From contig CM082594.2 in assembly GCA_040954595.2 (NCBI GenBank), forward strand, positions 2,713,319 to 2,777,318: a stretch of DNA of 64,000 bases. Reading direction: 5' to 3'. The position numbers and the translations under genes are program-made. Under the pieces are notes generated by a model that saw only the letters and a list, made by a program, of their open reading frames with translations, made no database searches and was not told the origin of the DNA. The DNA is from Balanoglossus misakiensis. Taxonomy: Eukaryota > Animalia > Hemichordata. Shown one piece after another: positions 51,263-63,120 of this stretch. Position 1 is the first letter of the stretch; every line of letters begins with the position of its first letter.

Positions 51263-53748
51263 TCACTGCATGCAAGTGGCCATTCCCAGTAAATATCTTT
51301 CCACATGGTGTGCCTTCAGACTGTCAGGTTGAGTAAATGATTTTCCACATTCACTGCAAACAAAACCTCTTTGCTTTGTATGGGTTCGCTTATGTACATT
51401 CAGGTGACAACTGCGCATAAATGTTTTTCCACATTCACTGCATGCAAAAGGTCTTTCATTTGAATGTGTCCTCATGTGTACTTTCAGATTTTCATTACGT
51501 GTATAAGTTTTACCACATTCACTGCATGAATAAGGTCTTTCATTTGTATGAATTCTCATATGTTCTTTCAGGTAACAACTGCGTGTATATGCTTTTTCAC
51601 ATTCACTGCAAGCAAAAGGTCTTTCATTTGAATGTGTCCTCATATGTACTTTCAGATTTTCATTACGTGTGAAAGTTTTACCACATTCACTGCAAGCAAA
51701 AGGTCTTACGATTGAATGGATCATAGTGTGTTCCTTTAGATGACGTTTTGATTTAAAAGGTTTACCACATTCACTACATACAAAAGGTCTCTCATTAGAA
51801 TGTGTCTGTATGTGTACCTTCAGGTCACAACTGAATTTAAATGTTTTTTCACATTCACTGCATGCAAAAGGTCTTTCATTTGAATGGATCCTCATGTGCC
51901 TTGTCAGACTGTGTTTCTCATTAAATGTTTTTCCACATTCACTGCATTCAAAAAGTCTTTCATTTGAATGGATTTTCATGTGCCTTGTCAGTTTGTATCT
52001 CTCACGAAATGTTTTTCCACATTCACTGCATGCAAAAGGTCTTTCATTTGAATGTGTCCTCATATGTTCTTTCAGGTGACAACTCTGTATATAAGTTTTC
52101 TCACACTCACTGCATTCAAAAGGTCTTTCATTTAATTTGCTCCTTGCTTGTTGTTTCACAAAGGTACACTCACTGCTTGCACATTTCTTTTGAGTTGAGT
52201 GTAAATGGTTAGAGAGAGTGATAATTGTTTCAAACATTACATTTGTATGAAGTGGTTCTTCATACAAATTTGGTAGTTGTACGGGTTGATGTTCGTGTAG
52301 TTGACAGGCCTGTTCACAACATGTCGTAAATGTGTTGATTTCCAAACAGTCAGGACTTGTTCGTCTGTATGACTGTGTCTTGGCAGGATCACACTCTTCA
52401 AGTTCTGACCATCTCTTGCACTGTCCAGTTTGGCCATCATAGTGCAGCATCTGTCCTCTCTCAAGTTCTCGTTCAACATCTTCTCCCTTGCTGACCTCAT
52501 CTGGTGGACTAACTTCAATATGGCCATAGTGTGCCAGGGTGTGCATAATCAGTGAAACATCTGTTGCATGAAAGCAAACATCAGGACGGGTTAGGAATAT
52601 TGTGTCAAAGTGAAAAAAAAGTTAACGAAGATTTAACCATGTAGATGACCAAAAGGCAGTTTAAAGGGACAAAGTCTCTCTCTCGCTGCCCTTTTTCTAG
52701 TAATTATGTTTGATACAAGACAATGTTATGTTATTCCACATGTGGATATAAAGTGAATCAACGTTCGACCACACACAACTTAATTCCATCCCACTTGTAG
52801 ACACGAGAGTGAAAATCTCACCAAACTGAATAATTGATCTCTGCCATTTATTCATTTTGGCAAAAATTTTACTCTCATGATATCCTATAAAGAGGATGGA
52901 AGTTATGTGTGGTCAAACGTTCATTCACTACACATCCACATGTAGAATAACATAACAGTTTCTTTATGTTTTGAAAGTAGACAAGCTTTGTTTTAAATAC
53001 GAATCATACTCTAATAAAACATGAAAAGAATAAAAGAAATGAATTCATAAGATTTATCTAAGTTAAATATTATTTTACAGAGACAAGAAACAGCTGGATA
53101 CTAGATACTAAGATTGCGAGTGACATGTAACAGTTAGATTGTACGCTTAATACTTACCATCAAAGGATTCTGTACCATCTTCATATCGATGCCTTACTCC
53201 ACTATGTGATGCTTCTAACAGTCTGCCAAGTTTATGTAACTTATTTGAATTTCTGTACTGTTTACACACTTCAGAACACTCTGGAATAACAAGGCAATTG
53301 TATTAAAATATATATAGTGTTTATTATAGAGGGCAGCTTTCATTTCAACCTCCCTCCCCATCCCCCCCCCCCCCCCCCGGAACACATAGCAGCAGTTCGG
53401 GAGCTCGAGGTTTTCCCTAGGCCAAGACAAAACATCGAGCTACTAAACTGCAGCTAAGAACACACAGACCTGTAAGTAGGGCTATGGTCTACCCCACTGC
53501 TAGCTGCAGTTCAGTAGCTCGAGGATTTGCCTGGGTTTGTCTGGTTTTGCTGACATGACACACACACAAACGAACCTCGAGTTAACCGCGGCTACCCCAC
53601 TGCACCCCACCCCTATTTGATGAATTTTACTCAAGGCAGAGTAGAATTACTGTCAAAAATGATCTTTCGAACTCAACGGGAACATATGTAATAAAAGATA
53701 CATACCAGCACTTGTCAAATTTTCACTTAGCGAGTACGTTTCCTCCAT
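51263..53748 (-). CDS. Tandem C2H2 zinc-finger protein, copy 1 (9 intact fingers plus 1 degenerate), about 465 aa
   Basis: Exons 53748-53706 (MEETYSLSENLTSA), 53214-53158, 52560-51263, in phase with GT-AG sites. Repeats of F.CSECGK.F.....L..H...H with SNERP linkers. No KRAB, SCAN, BTB or SET domain recognised. Confidence 0.85.
52665..52958. mobile_element. MITE family A in ZNF copy 1 intron 2
   Basis: ttaa|agggacaaagtctctctctcgctgccc; right terminus lost; duplicated at 56909. Confidence 0.8.
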
Positions 53749-54394
53749 TTTGCAATTTTGGGTTAAAGGTCACGGAAGTGCGCCACCAAGCAGATGAACG
53801 GGGAAACCCTCGCACTGTGCACTGAGAAGCTTTGCATACATTTCAAATCCATTTTCAAATCCATCAATTGCGACGTCCCTACCTTTTCCTTCAGTAAGGC
53901 ATACCATGAAGTTCTATTATATTTTGTAGTTAAATTTTCACCATAGCCCACTTTCTTTTTCCATGAACGCTGCAATGTGCGTGACCACCCCCCCCCCCCC
54001 ACCTTCAAGGCTCCTTGGTCTAATCGACTATTCGTGTTCTTTTGCTCAACTCGTCTTTGTTGGAGATTAGATTTATCATACCGCGTGATGTTGGTTTCAG
54101 CTAATACAACTTGCATCACCAGAAATATCAATGACACAATTCCACCAACTTTTGACATTTTTTCCCAATTTGATTCACTTGATAAGTTACTGTTGTCCTG
54201 TTTTGTGACGTAATTCATACAGCTCGGGCTAAAAACAAACATTTTTGATTTACAAAGGCAACTATATGACGACCATATGATGTTGGGCGATCTATAGATA
54301 ATCTTTTATCAATAGTATAGTGTCATTTTACAGTTATTTACAACATTGACAAAAAACAGCAAGGAATGCCACATTGTTTAAAAAATATTTATTT

Positions 54395-54396
<2 letters not shown>

Positions 54397-54442
<46 letters not shown>
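54397..54442. repeat. (CAT)n microsatellite; interrupted paralogous tract at about 50218-50268
   Basis: Directly visible. Confidence 0.95.
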
Positions 54443-54443
<1 letters not shown>

Positions 54444-55443
54444 ACAAACAAACAAAAACAACACGATTTATTCCTCTATATGGTGTGGATCTATATCGTA
54501 TTTTCTCAAATATTTTGTTATAACTTAACCAAATCTTTTTTTTGTCATTATTATTCTCTAAATAATTTTTGGCCAAAATAAGATGTTGACTGTTCCTTCA
54601 TTTCAAAACACCTTGCCGAAGACGGCCGCCCGTTTTGATCATGACCTTTGCACTCCATTCATACAGTCCACCCAGGGTTGTTTGCATACATAAAACAAAA
54701 TTTCTATTTAGGGAATGGGTGATCTAATGAATTATTCTATATATGGTAGAAAACAATGTTCAAAGGTTGCAAGAAGGGAATCTTTTTTTAGATGACTTCA
54801 AAAAAGTGAGAAATGACATGTATGACTCTAAACTGAGCTAGAGTAAATAAATAATAGTTTACTCCAGTCATCCCCATAAATAATGGTACAGCCCTTCTTA
54901 GCATAAAACACATGACGTCACATGCTCCGAATGTTGACATCAGACTCAGATTTATTCTGAATCCACAAAGAAAAGTATCCAAAAGGTGTATTTTGGTGAC
55001 CAAATTGATTGTTTGCGTGTGTGCAACGACGCAACATGCACCTAGCTGCACCATGGAATTACATTTTATGCCCAGAAACTTCCCAAAATGACACTGAGAT
55101 TATTCTGCAACTGTTAACAGTCTAAATGCTGTCAACCTTCAGTTCACAAAAAATTGTTCATGTCTTTCCCCAGTAAACAGGGGTGGGCCAACTGTGGAAG
55201 TACTTTTGCCATTCAGTCATGGTAACAAACACAAAACTGACAATGCTGGATGTTTAGACTTTGTTTAAATTTCCCTCATTCAATTCTGCTTACATTTACA
55301 AGTAATTCCACATTCACTGCATGCATACAACCTTTCATTTAATATTTACAAGCAAAAGGTCTTTCATTTGAATGTGTCCTCATATGTACTTTCAGATTTT
55401 CATTACGTGTGAAAGTTTTACCACATTCACTGCAAGCAAAAGG

Positions 55444-58020
55444 TCATTCAGTTGAATGAATCATCATGTGTTTTTTTAGATGACGTCTTTCTCTAAAAGG
55501 TTTACCACATTCACTACATACAAAAGGTCTTTCATTAGAATGTGTCCTCATGTGTACCTTCAGGTTACAACTGAATTTAAATGTTTTTCCACATTCACTG
55601 CAAACAAAACCTCTTTGCTTTGTATGGGTTTGCTTATGTACATTCAGGTGACAACTGCGCATAAATGTTTTTCCACATTCACTACATGCAAAAGGTCTTT
55701 CATTTGAATGGATCCTCATGTGCCTTGTCAGTTTGTAGCTCTCCTGAAATGTTTTTCCACATTCACTACATAAAAAAGGTCTTTCATTTGAATGGATCCT
55801 CATGTGCCTTGTCAGTCTGTTTCTCTCACGAAATGTTTTTCCACATTCACTGCATGCAATAGGTCTTTCAATTGAATGTGTCTTCATGTGTCGCTTTAGA
55901 TGCCTATTCTGCATAAATGTTTTTCCACATTCACTGCATGCAAAAGGTCTTTCATTTGAATGTGTCCTCATATGTTCTTTCAGCTGACAACTCTGTATAT
56001 AAGTTTTCTCACATTCACTGCATTCGAAAGGTCTTTCATTTGAATGGATCCTCATGTGCCTTTTCAGTCTTTGTTTCTCACGAAATGTTTTTCCACATTC
56101 ACTGCATGCAAAAGGTCTTTCATTTGAATGTGTCCTCATATGTTCTTTCAGGTGACAACTCTGTTTATAAGTTTTGTCACATTCACTGCATTCAAAAGGT
56201 CTTTCATTTGAATGGATCCTCATGTGCCTTGTCAGATTGTGTTTCTCATTAAATGTTTTTCCACATTCACTGCATTCAAAAAGTCTTTCATTTGAATGGA
56301 TTTTCATGTGCCTTGTCAGTTTGTATCTCTCACGAAATGTTTTTCCACATTCACTGCATTCAAAAGGTCTTTCATTTAATTTGCTCCTTGCTTGTTGTTT
56401 CACAAAGGTACACTCACTGCTTGCACATTTCTTTTGAGTTGAGTGTAAATGGTCAGAGAGAGTGATAATTGTTTCAAACATTACATTTGTATGAAGTGGC
56501 TCTTCATACAAATTTGGTAGTTGTACGGGTTGATGTTCGTGTAGTTGACAGGCCTGTTCACAACATGTCGTAAATGTGTTGATTTCCAAACAGTCAGGAC
56601 TTGTTTGTCTGTATGACTGTGTCTTGGCAGGATCACACTCTTCAAGTTCTGACCATCTCTTGCACTGTCCAGTTTGGCCATCATAGTGCAGCATCTGTCC
56701 TCTCTCAAGTTCTCGTTCAACATCTTCTCCCTTGCTGACCTCATCTGGTGGACTCACTTCAATATGGCCATAGTGTGCCAGGGTGTGCATAATCAGTGAA
56801 ACATCTGTTGCATGAAAACAAACATCAGGACGGGTTAGGAATATTGTGTCAAAGTGAAAAAAAAGTTAACGAAGATTTAACCATGTAGATGACCAAAAGG
56901 CAGTTTAAAGGGACAAAGTCTCTCTCTCGCTGCCCTTTTTCTAGTAATTATGTTTGATACAAGACACTGTTTATGTTATTCCACATGTGGATATAAAGTG
57001 AATCAACGTTCGACCACACACAACTTAATTCCATCCCACTTGTAGACACGAGAGTGAAAATCTCACCAAACTGAATAATTGATCTCTGCCATTTATTCAT
57101 TTTGGCAAAAATTTTACTCTCATGATATCCTATAAAGAGGATGGAAGTTATGTGTGGTCAAACGTTCATTCACTACACATCCACATGTAGAATAACATAA
57201 ACAGTTTCTTTATGTTTTGAAAGTAGACAAGCATTGTTTTAAATACGAATCATACTCTAATAAAACATGAAAAGAATAAAAGAAATGAATTCATAAGATT
57301 TAGCTAAGTTAAATATTATTTTACAGAGACAAGAAACAGCTGGATACTAGATACTAAGATTGCAAGTGACATGTAACAGTTAGATTGTACGCTTAATACT
57401 TACCATCAAAGGATTCTGTACCATCTTCAAATCGATGCCTTACTCCACTATGTGATGCTTCTAACAGTCTGCCAAGTTCATGTAACTTATTTGAATTTCT
57501 GTACTGTTTACACACTTCAGAACACTCTGGAATAACAAGGCAATTGTATTAAATTATATATAGTGTTTATTATAGAGGGCAGCTTTCATTTCAACCTCCC
57601 TCCCCATCCCCCCCCCCCCCACCTCGGAACACATAGCTGCAGTTCAGGAGCTCGAGGTTTTCCCTTGGCCAAGGCAAAACATCGAGCTACTGAACTGCAG
57701 CTAAGAACACACAGACCTGTAAGTAGGGCTATGGTCTACCCCACTGCTAGCTGCAGTTCAGTAGCTCGAGGATTTACCTGGGTTTGTCTGGTTTTGCTGA
57801 CATGACACACACACAAAAACGAACCTCGAGTTACCGAGCCGCGGCTACCCCACTGCACCCCACCCCTATTCGATGAATTTTTACTCAAGGCAGAGTAGAA
57901 TTACTGTCAGAAATGATCTTTCGAACTCAACGGGAACATATGTAGTAAAACATACATACCAGCACTTGTCAAATTTTCACTTGTCAACAATGTTGTCTGC
58001 ACCGTGTATGTTTCCTCCAT
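55444..58020 (-). CDS. Tandem C2H2 zinc-finger protein, copy 2 (11 fingers before TGA), about 492 aa
   Basis: Exons 58020-57960 (MEETYTVQTTLLTSENLTSA), 57460-57404, 56804-55444. N-terminal region is almost identical to copy 1. Confidence 0.85.
56909..57205. mobile_element. MITE family A in ZNF copy 2 intron 2
   Basis: Near-identical to 52665-52958 with the same flanks. Confidence 0.8.
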
Positions 58021-58186
58021 TTTTGCAATATAGGCTGGGTTAAAGGTCACGGAAGTGCGCCACCAAGCAGATGGACGGGAAAGGCTGACAAACGTTCCCC
58101 TCCTCGCTCGCACTGCACTGAGCAACATTGCATACATTTCAAATCCATTTTCAATTCCAAAAAGCAACGTCTCTACCTTTTCCTTA

Positions 58187-60110
58187 GGGACCGTTCAGTG
58201 TTTAAGGCTGGGTGGGGGGGGGGGGGCGAAGTGTTTGTGTCATCGGTTTATTTCAAAATCAGGCAGACCCCTTCCACCAAGGACCAAAAATGACGACCCC
58301 AGCCTTTGACAGGCAAATAAAAATATGATGACAACCCCTCCCCCCCAAAACCCCATAAACATAGTCATTACACAACTACTTGTGGAGGAAAAATGCTTGT
58401 TTCCAAGAGCCTGCTCGCCCTCCTGATCTTATGTACACTGTATGCAATAAAGGGAAAGAGGCTCCCTAAACCTCAACTTTAAATTTCTTAAAGAAATTTA
58501 TAATTCAGGTGTATAATAGTATAGTGTTGCATTAAACAAATCTATGAATAAATTAAAATGACACATCAATACAATCGTGGGCAGAATTGGTAAAACAAGA
58601 AGTGAAGGGGGTTGGTGTGGGATGGGGTGTCCCCCTCCCAAACGAGAAAATTTTGTAAAATACGAAGCTCTAAGTTGCATTTTAATGAACTCAAAAGCAA
58701 ATTAACTCAATTTTGGGGAGGACAAATTTGACTTTTGCTACTCACAATTAGCCTCGGTGGGGGTGGGAACAAGTACTCTGTCCTGGTACACAAAACAAAC
58801 GTAACAAGCCTATGAATGAAATGTGGCGAAGAATGAAGTGGTGGGTGTGGGAGGGCTCGAAACTGCAATTTTGAGGACTCCAAATTAAAAGTTGGGGGGG
58901 GGGCAAAAATATGTGACCCCCTAAGGGACCGTTCAGTTTTTACGGCCGGGGGGGGGGCCGGCAAAATCCAGGGGGGGGTCACTTAAATTTTGAAGTCCAC
59001 AAGGGGGGGGTCATCTGGTTTTTTTAAACGTTTAGGGGGGGGTCACATACTTTTGCCACCGAACGTTTGCTTTAGAGTCCACAAAATTGCAGTTTCGCAC
59101 TCTTTATTTTACAAAATTTTCTCATGTGGGAGGGGGACACCCCCTCCCACGCCCACCCCCTACATTCTCCGCCACATTGCATTTTTTGCTGGTTTGTCTA
59201 GTGTACCAGGCCAGAGTGCTTGCCACCCCAACCCCACCGATGATAATATTTAACAAAGTGAATACATAAAGGAGAATAATTGTTTAAACCATTTTGCATA
59301 ACTGATAGTTTCGCGCTGCATCTTCTATATACTAGAAGTTGTATAAATGATGTCATGACAAAGATGACGCCAAATCTTCTAATTTTGAGGGGAGTGGCAA
59401 AAAGTAAAATTGGTCCTCCCAAACATTGAGATAATTTGCTTTTGAGTTCATAAAAATGAAACTTTGAGCTACATATTTTACAAAATTTTCTTATGTGGGA
59501 GGGGGACACCCCCTCCCACACCCACCCCCACCATTCTTCGCCACATTGCATTTATTCACTGGTTTGTCTAGTGTGCCAGGGAAGACTTCTTCCCTTCCCA
59601 CCCCACCCCGATGCTTACTTTGAGTGGAGTGGCAAAATTAAAATTTGTCCTCCCTAACATTTAGTTAATTTGTTTTTGAGTTCATTAAATTGCAACTTTG
59701 AGCACCGTATTTTACAAAATTTTCTTGGGTGTGGGAGGGGGTGTCCCCCTCCCACACCCACCCCCATCACTTTTCTTGTTTTACCGATTCCAGCAACTAT
59801 TGTATGACTTGTCATTTTCATTTGTTCATAGATTTCTTTATTGCAACGATTTACTATTATATACTTCAATACTACTTTAAGAAATTTATAATTGAGGTGT
59901 GAGGAGCCTCATTCCCTTTATTGCATACAGTGTACATAGGATCAGGACGGTGAATGTTTTGGGCGTGGGGGGGGGGTCATCATATTTTTGGGTCTGTCAA
60001 AGGGGGGTCATCATTTTTTGGTCCAGGGTGAAGGGGGGGTCGGCCTGATTTTGAGAACCGATGACACAAACTTGCCAGCCCCCCCCCTGCCGTAAAAACT
60101 GAACGGTCCC
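58187..60110. mobile_element. About 1.9-kb foldback non-autonomous DNA transposon, PIF/Harbinger-like ends
   Basis: tta|gggaccgttcagt...actgaacggtccc|taa; long imperfect inverted arms (about 58187-58870 versus 59380-60110); another left end nested at about 58925; no transposase ORF. Confidence 0.72.
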
Positions 60111-60281
60111 TAAACCCCCCCTTTCGGGTCAATGCATAACTGTACCACATGCTTTTAACCCAAAGTGCACAATTATGCCAAAACTTGGGGTTTAGCTGCC
60201 CCACTACTTGGTTTGTGTGTTTGGCGGTCTGGTTTTGCCGTCTACTACACAAATCAAAACCTCGAGGGTTAGTGTTGGGAT

Positions 60282-60376
60282 TTTTTCGATCTACGGCCCC
60301 GGACATATCACGAAGCCACAAAGAGAGTCTCTCTTTGTGGCCTAGTGATATGTCCGGGGCCGTGGATCGAAAGAAA
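60282..60376. repeat. About 95-bp near-perfect palindrome
   Basis: tttcgatctacggccccggacatatcac..gccacaaagagag|tctctctttgtggc..gtgatatgtccggggccgtggatcgaaa. Confidence 0.8.
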
Positions 60377-60497
60377 TGCCAACACAAACCCTAACCGTTG
60401 ATAATACCCTAACCTGTCGAATATACCCTAACCTTTACATGTCAACAAACCATATTTATTAATAAAGAAATATGTATTTGTTTATTATGCCAAAAAT

Positions 60498-60498
60498 C

Positions 60499-60551
<53 letters not shown>

Positions 60552-60610
60552 ACAAACAAACAAACAAACAAACAAACAAACAAACAAACAAACACACACA
60601 CACACAAACA
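60498..60610. repeat. Compound microsatellite (AAC)n(AAAC)n(AC)n
   Basis: Directly visible. Confidence 0.95.
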
Positions 60611-62669
60611 AAATCGCGGAGGGAGAGCCCCCTATGCCATGCCAGGACCGAGAGGATGGCCATTTTTCAGCAGCATGTTTGGTAAGTTGACACATTTCCC
60701 TTTCGAGATATCAACCAAGGGCTTGAAGAACTAGATAAAGCATACATTGTAATTATATTACATTACTATAAATTTGAAGTGATTATCAAACTATAAAATT
60801 AATTTGTTTCTTTAATATGTGCACACCGTTCGACGTCTGCAGTTGTTGGCAGTTATGACAACAAAACGTCTGAAGGCGACCTATACATGTGCAAATACAG
60901 GAAAGAGGCAGGGTGTCCCCCTCCCACATTAGAAAATTTTGTAAAATAAAGGGCGCGAAACTGCATTTTTGTGGACTCAAAATAAATATTTAGCCGTCAA
61001 AGTTTTCAAGTCCCCCCCTTTCAGTCCCTATATAATAATCCCTTGATTATAAAATTTGTCCCCCCCCTAAAATCTGCTTTGTAAAAGTAAACCCCCCCCT
61101 GATTTCCACCGCCCCCCCCCTCCCTGTAAAAAACGAATGCTCCCTTATAAGTTAATATGTAACCCCTCTTTGTAAAAGTTTTACACCACATTTTTTGCAA
61201 CAAATAAATGTTATTTTCTGAATGATGCGCCCTGAAGCATACGTAATTATTACACCTCACATTGTATTTGGCTGAGACCGAATTAGGCTACGTGACACAG
61301 GAAAAAAAGGTCATATTACATGGTTGACACTTGACAGATCAGTCTTGAGCCTGCAGGTAGGGCATTCGACGCACAGTGACGGGATGTGGCCCATCGAGGA
61401 CAGTTTTTAGATTCTGCGCATCTTTTCTGCGCCTTAGAAATTGTCGTTCACTGCCAGTTGTGCAATTTCCCGATGTTGTTCAACTATGACTTCACAGCGG
61501 CATGCAGCTGAGCTAGATAGTATTTTAATAGAGATAGACAGGAAGAATTACAAGACCGGCGATGAACGGCGCTGTTTCTGTGTTCAAACGGCCCCGGGAT
61601 ACGGCGATCGGTTCACAACGTCACTGCAACGTAACTTTGATCTTGTAAATGGCGAAGAGTTTTCTGAAAGCGGTTAAGCCGCAAGATGTTCACGGCCGTT
61701 TGTAAGTTGTAGCCTATTCACTGAGCTGAAGAGCCAAGGAAAGGGAAACGTCGTTCACGAGTAACTAGTACTTGGGTTCGTTTTACAAACAGACTAGTGT
61801 CGGACTTTCTGACACTTGTTGCACGTTGCTGATCTCAATGGACAGTTTTCGCCTCTTGCAGAATGGCCTTCACGATTACAGCGATAGCAGGCACCTCTCT
61901 TTTTTCCTGCCATTTTCATCGGTTTCATGCAAACCCTATTTACCTCCTGTGGACTGGGTGTGCCTTCCTATCCGTTTTACGAATTTGGACGTCAATTTAT
62001 AACAGTGGATCTGCTTTAAATTCGGATCACATGACTAAGTGCCAGCTCAGAGCATTTTGGACTCAACCATTCTCTGGTCGGGATGGCCTTTTCGAGAGGG
62101 TGAGAGTGGCGAAACACCTGAATGGTCGTAGACATTTATAAAATAAACAACTTGGATTTTTTTATTTTGGAACAAAACGGTGGATTTTATTAACAAAATT
62201 ACTCTTTTTATTTTTGGCCGTGAATGACCCGTTTGTTTTTATGTTTTCTCTTTTTAGTGCAGACGAGCGACCGATCCCCATAAAACTTAACCCTAAACCC
62301 ATAAAATCGTGAAAGTAATGTCATAAGTTACAGCTCATGTGCCTTTAAATAATAAAATCCAACTACCACAGATATTAGCCGGACATTGCAATCATTTTCA
62401 AAAGTAGGCCTTGTGAAGAGTGGATGTTGACAGCAGACCAATCTGATTAAAATCAGATGTAGGGAACGGCGACGTGGTCTTTTTTACGCTTCACAGTGTG
62501 AGGCGACACCATAAAAAACACGTTCCCTTCATCTGATTTTAATCAGATTGACAGCAGACATGCGTCGATAATAAGCATTTGAAAATGGTACGTTTGGTTT
62601 GCAGGCATGCAGTCCCCACCAGAGAATGGAAGAGTCCAAGATGCGCTGAACTGATGATCCCCCAATTAA

Positions 62670-63120
62670 TTCTTGCATCCCTTCCACAGTTGCCCCCTTT
62701 TCCAGTAATTTCCGAGGCAGTGCACTTGACTTACACTTGTCAATCAATTGATCGCTTATTAAATCATCAATATTTCTAAACTTACAGTTCATCCCCTGTA
62801 AGTTTAGTCAGGCTACGTATTGATCTAATAGTTACGGTCTATTCTTGTTATTGGCGAAACACGAGTCTTTCATATGATATGATAGGTTCAGCTTTGGGGT
62901 GAAATATGCATCCAGTGTTCACAGAGCTTTTTCATATACCACCTTGACCATCTGCCAACACACCAGGACTTGGGTCTCCAAGTGTTTCGAAGATATCTTG
63001 GATATAATGCATGAGTATAGGACCTTCTTTTGAGCGTCGTCTGTCACTACACCACACTGCATGGGTTTCTGATTGCTCTTGTGAAAAATTCCCAAGCGAG
63101 CCCTGCCACACTGCTTTGCC
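62670..63120 (-). pseudogene. Decayed Ty3/Gypsy-type LTR retrotransposon gag fragment
   Basis: Frameshifted minus-strand peptides VTDDAQKK, IQDIFETL, SYERLVFRQ and CKFRNIDDLISDQLIDKCKSSALPRKLLEKG resemble Gypsy gag; stops and frameshifts present; no pol or LTR seen. Confidence 0.65.

Larger units (their letters stand above)
49830..58185. repeat. Head-to-tail tandem segmental duplication (about 49830-53895 and about 53905-58185), each unit carrying one ZNF gene
   Basis: Shared anchors: caattccaccaacttttgac (about 49929 and 54137), (CAT)n tract, ZNF exons, same intronic MITE (52665 and 56909), ctaccttttcctt (about 53880 and 58173). Confidence 0.9.

Noticed and set aside
53763-54242. 159-aa ORF with a signal-peptide-like hydrophobic stretch
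   Set aside because: Spans the duplication junction, is not preserved in the paralogous sequence and has no recognisable homology.
51300-56380. CRISPR-like regular repeat with variable spacers
   Set aside because: Period is 84 bp in a continuous C2H2 ORF; eukaryotic context; no cas genes.
51421-56465. Plus-strand repetitive ORFs (MFFHIHCMQKVFHLN..., VFPHSLHAKGLSFE...)
   Set aside because: Antisense shadows of the 84-bp zinc-finger repeats.
51263-58020. PRDM9 assignment
   Set aside because: No PR/SET, SSXRD or KRAB exons found, and the ATG-containing exon is close upstream.
60442-60695. Poly-N, poly-V and poly-L ORFs (also poly-M/S at 54334-54581)
   Set aside because: Microsatellite translations.
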